From positions 1 through 18,307 of the forward strand of contig NW_021824531.1 in the NCBI RefSeq assembly GCF_006345805.1: a DNA stretch of 18,307 nt, read 5' to 3'. The notes under the pieces were generated by a model that was not told where the DNA came from, searched no databases, and saw only the letters and a program-made list of their open reading frames with translations. This document shows, piece by piece, positions 1 to 8,609 of the stretch; within the stretch, counting starts at the first letter, position 1, and each line of letters opens with the position of its first letter. This stretch comes from Octopus sinensis (Eukaryota). A program made the translations under genes and the position numbers.

Positions 1-270
1 CACATTGATTTGTGAGGGGTTGGAAGAACAAAACAAAGTGGATGGGAAGAGGAGGGAAAAGTGGGATGGAAATCCTGAGTGGAGGTGACATAAACCTAGC
101 CAGCTACAAGGATCAGATGTTATTATAGTAGCAGTAGAAAAGATAAAGAATAGCCAGTGTATCTGTGAGTGATTGTATACCAATCGGCTACGTAGCCCTT
201 TTCTGAATGTGGTCGAGAATATGTCTACGTGCAGCAGCACTGTCACAGACATGAGTAAAATACTCCAGTG

Positions 271-412
271 TTTCCGTCTACCGAATCCACTCACAAGGCT
301 TTGGCCGGCGCTAGGCTATAGTAGAAGACACTTGCCCAAGGTGCCACTCAGTGGGACTGACTCTGGAACCATGTGGTTGGAAGACAAGCTTCTTATCACA
401 CAGTCACACCTG
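271..412 (-). mobile_element. SINE family A (tRNA-derived, CORE-like), head fragment
   Basis: Matches the heads at 4880-5032 and 8150-8310; reverse strand contains the CORE-like ACCTTGGGCAAGT motif. Confidence 0.85.
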
Positions 413-902
413 TTTAAAAAAAACCTTTGGTAGGGTGTTTATAATGTTTACAGTTGTGGGGCAACCTTCGAATTTTACACGAAGAGTTTTTCTTTTAACC
501 CAATATTAATATGCTGTTATTTTTTTTTATAGCTTTATCTACTTCAAGTTCAAGTTCAATCGTAAAAAATTAATTATATGTTTGTCTGTATGTTTGCATG
601 TATGTTTGCTTGTATATATTTTCTTCTTGGCTGTCGGTGGTAGGTCGACATTGACTGTATTTGTTCAGTAATCATCTCCGGCAGGCTCGCATGTGGGCTA
701 CACAGCCAGCTCTGCCGTTCAAGAATTTGGACCTGGAGGTCTCCATTTCCAGCGACTTCGAGGGCCACCTCCCAGTGGTGTCGGGCGTCAACGAAGAGCC
801 CTCGACTACAAGACGACCAAAGGTTTTTTTTTTCCAAGGTCTGGGTCTCCTGCCCCTAAGCCCTAGACCATCACCTAATCACCCTCACCCGTCTTGTTGC
901 TT

Positions 903-933
<31 letters not shown>
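903..933 (+). repeat. (AAC)n microsatellite, possible retroelement tail
   Basis: About 10 perfect AAC units directly after a GC-rich segment. Confidence 0.9.
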
Positions 934-1001
934 GTCAGCTCTTGATCTGCAGCAGCGATTATATCTATCAGCATGATCCGATCAATCTAGTGGAAGCTAC
1001 A

Positions 1002-1135
1002 GTTTTCGGTTGTCACTTATAATTCAAACCATGCAAATCGACAGCTGGACTGAATAGTCATCTGAGAGGTAGAGAGAACATCAGAAAAGCCATTGGTAAC
1101 GAGTAAGTTCTAAGAGACGGCAATAATCTGTGAAG
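1002..1135 (+). pseudogene. Degenerate C2H2 zinc finger, probable RTE LINE 3' remnant
   Basis: Frame from 1005 reads FGCHL*FKPCKSTAGLNSHLRG; the second Cys is replaced by TAA (1020-1022). Same xKxCKSxxGLxSHLR pattern as the fingers at 14050-14220. Confidence 0.6.
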
Positions 1136-1138
1136 ATG

Positions 1139-1683
1139 AAGGCAGCAAGCTGGCAGAAACGTTAGCACGCCGGGCGAAATGCTTAGCGGTATTTCGTCTG
1201 TCGATAAATTAAGTACCAGTTACGCACTGGGGTCGATGTAATCGACTTAATACCTATGTCTGTCCTTGTTTGTCCCCTCTGTGTGTAGCCCCTTGTGGGT
1301 AATAAAGAAATAGGTATTTCGTCTGTCTTAACGCTCTGAGTTCAAATTCCGTCGAGGTCGACTATGCCTTTCATCCTTTCGGGGTCGATTACGCACTGGA
1401 GTCGATGTAATCGACTCAATCCGTTTGTCTGTCCTTGTTTGTCCTTTCTGTGTGTAGCCCCTTGTGGGCAGTAAAGAAATAAGAAACGTTAGCATGCCGG
1501 GCGAAATACTTAGCGGCATTTCATCTGTCTTTATGTCCTGAATTCAAATTCCGCCGAGGTCGACTTTGCCTTTTATACTTTCGGGGTCGATAAATTAAGT
1601 AGCAGTTACGTACTGGGGTCGATCTAATTGGCTGGCCCCTCCCCCAAAATTTCGGGCCTAGTGCCTAGAGTAGAAAAGAATCA
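1139..1683 (+). mobile_element. SINE family B, head-to-tail array of three partial units
   Basis: Units ~1141-1312, ~1313-1481 and ~1482-1680 align to the full copy at 15698-15915 (A-box-like TGGCAGAAACG, B-box-like GTTCAAATTCC, CCTTTCATCCTTTCGGGGTCGATAAA module). Confidence 0.9.
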
Positions 1684-1705
1684 TCTGTTAAGATGGAGCA
1701 ATCAC

Positions 1706-1810
1706 AATGTATGTATGTATGTATGTATGTATGTATGTATGTATGTATGTTTGTATGTATGCATGTATATATGTATGTATGTATGGATGGATGGATGGAT
1801 GTGTGTGTCT
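1706..1810. repeat. (TATG)n/(GATG)n microsatellite
   Basis: Direct reading; explains the MYVC/HTYI ORFs in the track. Confidence 0.95.
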
Positions 1811-2598
1811 TTCTGTGTATGACTGTTTTTGTTCTGTGTACCGCCAGGGCTTTCCCCGTTATACAAACCATTTGAAGCCGACGCCATACTTCATTCAACA
1901 CATGAAATCTCAATGATTTGATCTTCACACCAAATTAACGGACTTACACACGGCAACCAATTCCACTCCTCTTTCTTTCTTTCTTTCTTTCACCTTTTTT
2001 CTTTCATCTGCTTTCTTTCAGTTTTCTTCGTTTCTTTCTTTCCCTCCTCACTCACTCCCCATCCCCATCTCTCTCGCTGATAAAGGGATACGAGAATAAC
2101 ACAGAGAAGAAGGAAACTAATAAAGGGGCCGAATAGGTGGATGATATGATGGAAAACACGGAAGAAGGAGACTAGGACACAAATAGTGGACACCCGGAAG
2201 CAATCAGAAACGTGTCGGAGAACACCTGCCCTCCTCGTAATCTCCCTGATTACTTCCGGGTCTCCTGCGGCTTTTATCTTTCCACCCTCCTCTCCTTCCT
2301 ACCATCCACTTACTCCTTCGTTTTCTTCCTTTTCACCTTTTTGATCCCCCCCTCCTACATCTCCATCTTATCTTTTTCCTTCCGCTCACACTCGCTCCTT
2401 TCAAGCGGCTACCTGTTCTACCTGTTTGTTTCTTTTTAACAACACATACATACTTACATGCATATATACACATAAACACACACATACACACACACATACA
2501 TACATACATACACATACACAAATACAAATACCACACATGGTTGCATACATACATATATATGTATGTATGTATTTATGTATGTATGCATGTATATATAT

Positions 2599-2877
2599 AT
2601 CACGTGATCACGTGACCGACCAGTCCATCAGATGTAGTTACACATCGCTGGTCACAATGCGTTCGCTGGCTAAGCGAGCAGTCCAACAGAAGAAAGAGTG
2701 GGAGAAAGTTTTGGGGTTAAAAAACTACAGCAGGGATCACCCCACCCTGCCGGAGCCTCGTGGAGCTTTTAGGTGTTTTCGCTCAATGAACACTCACAAC
2801 GCCCGGTCTGGGAATCGAAACCGCGATCCTACAAAACCGCGAGTCGCTGCTCTAACCATTGGGCCATTGCACCTCCA
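2599..2877 (-). mobile_element. SINE family C (tRNA-Arg-like head), tail variant ending in CACGTGATCACGTGAT
   Basis: Reverse complement begins TGGAGGTGCAATGGCCCAATGGTTAGAGCAGCGACTCGCGG and matches the head at 5286-5420; the 3' part differs. Confidence 0.85.
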
Positions 2878-2879
2878 CG

Positions 2880-2911
2880 TATATTATATTATAATATTAT
2901 ATTATTATATT

Positions 2912-2948
<37 letters not shown>

Positions 2949-2955
2949 ATGTATT

Positions 2956-2997
<42 letters not shown>

Positions 2998-3021
2998 ATA
3001 TATATATTATATATATAATAT

Positions 3022-3056
<35 letters not shown>

Positions 3057-3061
3057 ATATG

Positions 3062-3135
<74 letters not shown>

Positions 3136-3265
3136 ATAGATAAATAATATATATATATGTATGCATGTATGCAATGAATACATGTGGTATATGACACATA
3201 TATATATACATGCATACAATTATATATATATATATATATATTTATGTATGTACATTTATAAATAT
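2880..3265. repeat. Long imperfect (TA)n tract
   Basis: Direct reading. Confidence 0.95.
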
Positions 3266-3780
3266 ATGACCTCTCTCCCCCCCCTCTCTCCTCCTCTCTC
3301 TTCCCCTCTCTCTTTCTCTCTTCCTCCCTCTCTCTCACTCTACACACACACTTTTACATCGGGCCTACTTCGGTCAGAGCTGACCACGGCTAGTATCCTT
3401 GCTGTTTTCCGCTCAGGACACACACACTGTACAAAGAAATGCGCTTACATGAATTTTGGTTTATATATGTGATGGAGTAAAAAAGTATATAATTCACCGA
3501 TTTTCTTTTTGTTTCATATACATAGAAATGCACACGTGCGCGCACACAGACACACACGTACATTCAATATGCGTAATAACGCGATTATATTTATACATCA
3601 TCGAACAGTACATTACTGGAGTCGGTTTCGCACCGATTATAGCATTTGACAATGCTGACAGATTCGACGGTTACATTCTGATCAGTTATATGGTATGATG
3701 AGTAATATGCCGCTGAAGTGATTCGCTAAACCATCCATAAGTTTTTATGGAAAATATATGCTTACGGTCGATTAAGCCCG

Positions 3781-3910
3781 GAAATAGCCGAACGTGCGGT
3801 CCTAACTGACGAGGCTACCGAAATAGCCGAACGAGCGGTCCTTACTGACGAGGCTACCGAAATAGCCGAACGAGCGGTCCTTACTGACGAGGCTACCGTA
3901 ATAGCCGAAC
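3781..3910 (+). repeat. 39-bp tandem repeat, 3.3 copies
   Basis: Unit GAAATAGCCGAACGWGCGGTCCTWACTGACGAGGCTACC at 3781, 3820 and 3859, with a partial copy at 3898. Confidence 0.97.
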
Positions 3911-4132
3911 TGCCTGCGTCAGTTGTTGACTGCCATGACACTGCATCCTTTAAGGCCCTCATGCTTTCCGAAATCCGCCGAAACTACACCTGATTGTCCC
4001 CCTTCCATACTCATACACACATGTGTATGTCATGACTCATGCACTGTTCTTTTCCTGACACTTGTACATTACCCTATCTACTATACATACACTTTAGATG
4101 AGTTGTAGTGCACCTGAGCACTGTACACAATG

Positions 4133-4172
<40 letters not shown>
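3901..4172 (+). mobile_element. CR1-like LINE 3' end with (ATT)n tail
   Basis: Reads IAELPASVVDCHDTASFKALMLSEIRRNYT* (stop 3991-3993), resembling the CR1 C-terminal WNxLPxxVVxAxSxxxFK motif; followed by a 3' UTR and (ATT)n at ~4137-4170. Confidence 0.7.
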
Positions 4173-4579
4173 AATAAGGTACAAAATAAGGTACATGATA
4201 ATAACAGGTGCATACATTTACATAGTTCCCTTGTACAGGCACACACACATATGCTCACACAGAGTTGAAACGCTGTTTGATTTTTCTTTTTAGCGTTGAA
4301 TGTTCACCATCCCATTTCCATTGCGTGCACACACACATACACACACACACCATTCCATGTGCGTGCAGTTTGTGTGTGTGTGTGCGTGTGTGAACACGCA
4401 CACACACACACACAAACATGCACGCACACACACATTCACATGACTAACTTTTACATACACACATATACTCACGTAAAGTTGAAACGTTGTTTGATTTTTT
4501 TTCACCGTAGAACTTCCATCATCCCTTCCTTTCTCATTCATATGTTTGTGACGGAGAAATATGCAAAGTATTATTATAG

Positions 4580-4613
<34 letters not shown>

Positions 4614-4629
4614 ATAATATATATATATA

Positions 4630-4828
4630 TTCTTTTATTCCTTTACTTGTTTCAGTAATTTGACTGCGGTCATGCTGGAGCACCGCCTTTAGTCGAGCAA
4701 ATCGACCCCAGGATTTATTCTTTGTAGGCCTAGTACATATTCTATCGGTCGGTTTTGCCGAACCGCTCACTTACGGGGACGTAAATGCACCACAATCAGT
4801 TGTCAAGTGATGCTGGGGTAGGGGACAA

Positions 4829-4870
<42 letters not shown>

Positions 4871-5032
4871 ACATACGACAAGCTTCTTTCAGTTTCCGTC
4901 TACCAAATCCACTCACAAGGCTTTCGTCGGCCCGAGGCTACTGTAGAAGACACTTGCCCAAGGCGTCACGCAGTGGGACTGAACCCGGAGCCATGTGGTT
5001 CGTAAGCAAGCTACTTACCACACAGCCACTCC
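4630..5032 (-). mobile_element. SINE family A, near full length, internal (CA)n
   Basis: Head, CORE-like segment, internal (CA)n at ~4830-4868, and 3' half ending in the TCTTTT/TA tract. Confidence 0.92.
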
Positions 5033-5169
5033 AGTATATATATATGTGATGGTAGGCTCTCGTAGTCCGAGAAAAGCCGGTTCTGTAATTCTTACTTAAC
5101 AACTTGCACAAATGATTTGTTTATTGAGATCAAATGTATGTGCTCTACTTTAGCTCAATCCCTCCAACA

Positions 5170-5720
5170 AATCGATGTTACCTTTACAGGTGCACAGTGT
5201 ATGGTGTAGTATGCGTCAGGTGTCGTAGTGATTACTGAGCAACGTAAAATGAAGTGTTTTGCTCAAGAACACTACACACCACCCATGGAGGCGCAATGGC
5301 CCAGTGGTTAGGGCAGTGGACTCGCGGTCGTAGGATCGCGGTTTCGATTCCCAGACCGGGCGTTGTGAGTGTTTATTGAGCGAAAACACCTAAAGCTTCA
5401 CGAGGCTCCGGCAGGGGATGGTGGTGAACCCTTCTGTACTCTTTCACCACAACTTTCTCTCATTCTTTCTTCCTGTTTCTGTTGTACCTGTATTTCAAAG
5501 GGCCGGCCTTGTCACTCTCTGTGTCACGCTGAATCTCCTCGAGAACTTCGTTAAGGGTACACGTGTCTGTGGAATGCTCAGCCACTTGCACGTTAATTCC
5601 ACGAGCAAGCTGTTCCGTTGATCGTATCAGCTGGGACCCTCATCGTCGTAACCGACTGAGTGCTCCTATATTACACACCACCCGGTCCAGGAACAGGAAT
5701 CACGGCACTGGGCTATGCAT
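5170..5720 (-). mobile_element. Older SINE-like repeat interrupted by a family C SINE
   Basis: GCAACGTAAAATGAAGTGTTTTGCTCAAGAACAC-TACACACCACCC continues after the insertion as GGTCCAGGAACAGGAATCAC. Confidence 0.5.
5285..5671 (+). mobile_element. SINE family C, full length, 12-bp TSD
   Basis: A box TGGCCCAGTGG (5297-5307), B box GGTTTCGATTCC (5340-5351), TCG anticodon-like loop; TSD TACACACCACCC at 5273-5284 and 5672-5683. Confidence 0.92.
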
Positions 5721-5750
5721 CCAGACACATACATATACACATATACATAC

Positions 5751-5942
5751 ATTCTTTATTCTTTTACTTGTTTCAATTATTTTACTGCGGCCGGGCTGGA
5801 GTTCTGCCTTTAGTCGAGCAAATCGGTCCCAGGACTTATTCTTTGTAAGACTAGTACTTATTCTATCAGGGCCTTTTGCCGAATCGCTAGGTTACGGGGA
5901 CGTAAACACACCAACATCGGTTGTCAAGCGATGTTGGTGAGG
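5751..5942 (-). mobile_element. SINE family A, 3' half
   Basis: Aligns to 4630-4820 and very closely to 7836-8025. Confidence 0.9.
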
Positions 5943-5954
5943 AGAACATGTACG

Positions 5955-6170
5955 GCTCATCATCACCACCACCAACACCAACACTATCACATTAACATCG
6001 CCACCACCACCACCCACCACCACCACCACCATCACCAACAACAACAACAACAACACCTTTGCCAACGCTGCCTCCACCTCCGCCGCTACCGCTACAGAGC
6101 TACAGTCGTCGCCGCCGTCTCTGCTGCTCCCGCCTTTGTCGTCACCATCACAACTATCACTACAGTTGAA
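5955..6170. repeat. Mixed CAC/CAA/GCC trinucleotide low-complexity tract
   Basis: Direct reading. Confidence 0.8.
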
Positions 6171-6230
6171 ACTAGGAAGTCAAAATTTTTTTATCAATGT
6201 ATCATAAAGCTTACACACACACACACACAT

Positions 6231-6262
<32 letters not shown>

Positions 6263-6529
6263 CACACACACACGTACATGTATTTTTAATGTTTGTTGAT
6301 GTGTTTATCATTAAGTTATTGGGATATTTAATCAGATCACCTGTTATAATCAAGACGCCATCTTGTTGAGGGCATTAGTTAAAGAGATATACAAGAGATA
6401 AAGTGTCATAAAAATGGAGTAAAACAGGAGAATTTGAAGAAGAAACATGGCGGAAGTTCAATAAAATATAGTGATATATTTGTCGTGGGGAAGGAGAAAA
6501 TAATTAGAAATTTGAATAGATTGGATTGT

Positions 6530-7195
6530 TGTAGGGAGGAGGAGAGAGAGAGGAGAAATAGAGAGAGACTAGAGAAAGGGGGAGAAAGAAAGGATAGAGA
6601 GAGAATTAGAGAAAGAGAAAGAGAGGAGGAGAGTCAGAGAGAGAATGACAGAGGGGGAGAGCGACAGAGAAACTAGAAAAGAATGAGAAAAGAAGAGAGA
6701 GGGAGAGAGGGAGAGGGAGAGAGGAAGAAATATAGAAAATATATGGAAGAAGGAAAAGAGCGACAGACAAAAAAGAGAGAAAGACAGATGTTGAAAGAAA
6801 GAGAGAGGAACAGAGAAAAATAAAGAAAGAGGTGGCGAGAGAGAGAGAAAAAAGAGTGAGAGAAAGACAGAAATGGAGTGAGAGGAAGAGACCAGAAATG
6901 AGATAGGCCAAGAGAGAAAGAGAGAGGGTAGACAGAAAGTGAGAGAGAGAGAGAGACAAAGACAGACTAAAGATTGAGAGTGGGAGAGGGAAATATATAT
7001 ATAAATAAAGAGAGAGAGAGAGAGAGGCTGACAAAAAGAGAGAGGGAAAGTGGAGAGAGAAAAGGTAGAGGGAGAAAGAAAGAGAAGAGAAGAGAAAGAG
7101 AGAGAAGGGGAGAGAAAGCGAGAGAGGAGGGGAGAGGAAGAGAGAGACAGGGAGAGAGAAACGGAGAGTGAGAGAAAGAGAGAGAAAGAGGTGGG
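6530..7195. repeat. Polypurine GA-rich tract
   Basis: About 660 nt, almost exclusively G/A on the + strand. Confidence 0.95.
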
Positions 7196-7257
7196 TGGGG
7201 AGTAAACTGTTCACTAGTGTTGCTGAATAATTAAACGGAAGCGGATGAACTGCTTCA

Positions 7258-7410
7258 AAGCAGCGAACTGTTCGGAATCGTTGGAGCGTTTTTTAGTTGG
7301 CCCCGTGCTATTTATTCCGATTTTCTGTTCTCTGCGTCTTCAGTTCAAACCCTGCCGATGCCAAATTTGCCTTTCGTCATTTCCGGTTTCATAAATGTAA
7401 AGAACCGATT
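7258..7410 (+). mobile_element. Highly degenerate SINE family B copy
   Basis: AAAGCAGCGAACTG...CAGTTCAAACCCTGCCGATGCCAAATTTGCCTTTCGTC aligns loosely to family B. Confidence 0.5.
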
Positions 7411-7659
7411 CAGGGCAATGGATTAGCAGAACTTTTAGAGAGTTCTGTGAAATTCCTTGTGATTTATATTCTTTCCTTCACGTTCTGAAGACATAGGATG
7501 CGATCATATTGGTGCCAAGCTGTATCATTCCTACCAAATGTCGTATTCCCCCCCCCCATTTTTATATTTTTAGTTGGAGGTTGGTCTGGTGGAATAAGCA
7601 TTGCTTATGGGTTTTATGGGTAGTTTTGCACCCAACGGATAAACGCAGTTCTCTTTCAA

Positions 7660-7800
7660 CAGTTGCTTCCCAACTACATGGTTCCGGGTTCAGTCCTACT
7701 GCATGGAACCTTAGGCAAGTGTGTTTTACTATAGTTTCGGGCCGACCAAAGTCTTGTGACTGGATTAGTTAAATGAAAACTAAAAGAAGCCCGTCGTGTG
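7660..7800 (+). mobile_element. SINE family A head, 5'-truncated
   Basis: CATGGTTCCGGGTTCAGTCCTACTGCATGGAACCTTAGGCAAGTG...AAGAAGCCCGTCGT. Confidence 0.88.
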
Positions 7801-7802
7801 TG

Positions 7803-7835
<33 letters not shown>

Positions 7836-7839
<4 letters not shown>

Positions 7840-8095
7840 TTTATTCTTTTACTTGTTTCAATTATTTGACTGCGGCCATGCTGGAGTACCACCTTTAGTC
7901 GAGCAAATCGGTCCCAGGACTTATTCTTTGTAAGACTAGTACTTATTCTATCAGGGCTTTTTGCCGAACCGCTAGGTTACAGGGACGTAAACCACCCAAC
8001 ATCGGTTGTCAAGCGATGTTGGTGAGAACAAACACAGACACACACACATACACACAGATACATACATACATACAACATACATACATACATATATA

Positions 8096-8147
<52 letters not shown>

Positions 8148-8310
8148 CGGCCTTCTTTCAGTTTCCGTCTACCAAATCCACTAACAAGGCTTTGGTCGGC
8201 CTGAGGCTACAGTAGAAGACACTTGTCCGAGTTGCTACGCAGTGGGACTGAACCCGGAACCATGTGGTTGGTAAGCAAGCAACTTATCACACAGCCACTC
8301 CTGCGCCTAT
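7836..8310 (-). mobile_element. SINE family A, full length, internal (CA/TA)n
   Basis: Reverse strand starts TAGGCGCAGGAGTGGCTGTGTGATAAG and is collinear with 4630-5032. Confidence 0.93.
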
Positions 8311-8339
8311 ATATATGTGTGTGTGTATGTATATGCGTG

Positions 8340-8495
8340 TGTTTGTGTATCCTATTACCAATTGACAACCGGTGGTGATGTGTTTATGTCCCTGTCACAT
8401 AACATGGTTCAGCAAAAGAAGCCGATAAAATAAGTACCCGGATCGTTTCATCCGACTAAGTCTTCATGGTTTTGATCCTGAAATAAGTAAAAGAT
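8340..8495 (+). mobile_element. SINE family A, degenerate 3' half
   Basis: TTGACAACCGGTGGTG...GCAAAAGAAGCCGATAAAATAAGTAC...CTGAAATAAGTAAAAGA. Confidence 0.7.
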
Positions 8496-8574
8496 AATAT
8501 ATATAATATATTGTATGTATGTGTGTGTATGTTGTGTGTATGTATATAAATATATATATATATATATATAATAT

Positions 8575-8609
<35 letters not shown>

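Noticed and set aside
672-866. RQRR-ALDY in frame +3, reminiscent of a TGF-beta furin site
   Set aside because: The frame is closed by TAA (669-671) and TAG (864-866), and no cysteine-knot pattern follows.
838-869. Twister or HDV-like ribozyme around GGGTCTCCTGCCCCTAAGCCC
   Set aside because: Only partial motif resemblance; the required helices and linker residues are absent.
1628-3472. Many ORFs rich in MYVC, HTYI and YIYI
   Set aside because: Translations of TATG, CA and TA microsatellites; the same applies to similar ORFs at 4290-4660, 8016-9442, 11106-11363 and 13186-13835.
3694-3810. C/D box snoRNA (ATGATGA ... CTGA)
   Set aside because: No terminal stem, and these short boxes are expected by chance in AT-rich DNA.
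3781-3910. CRISPR array
   Set aside because: Units are contiguous with no unique spacers, no cas genes are present, and the context is eukaryotic.
5286-5355. tRNA-Arg gene
   Set aside because: A and B boxes are present, but there is no proper acceptor stem; it continues into a SINE body with a TSD.
5931-6299. Poly-His/Gln ORF as a transcription factor exon
   Set aside because: Explained by CAC/CAA/GCC and CA repeats; it starts inside a SINE and has no domain.
8438-8470. Hammerhead-like GAAACGATCC on the minus strand
   Set aside because: Lies within a degenerate SINE A 3' half and aligns to its GGGGTCGATTTGCTCGACTAA segment; no valid core.
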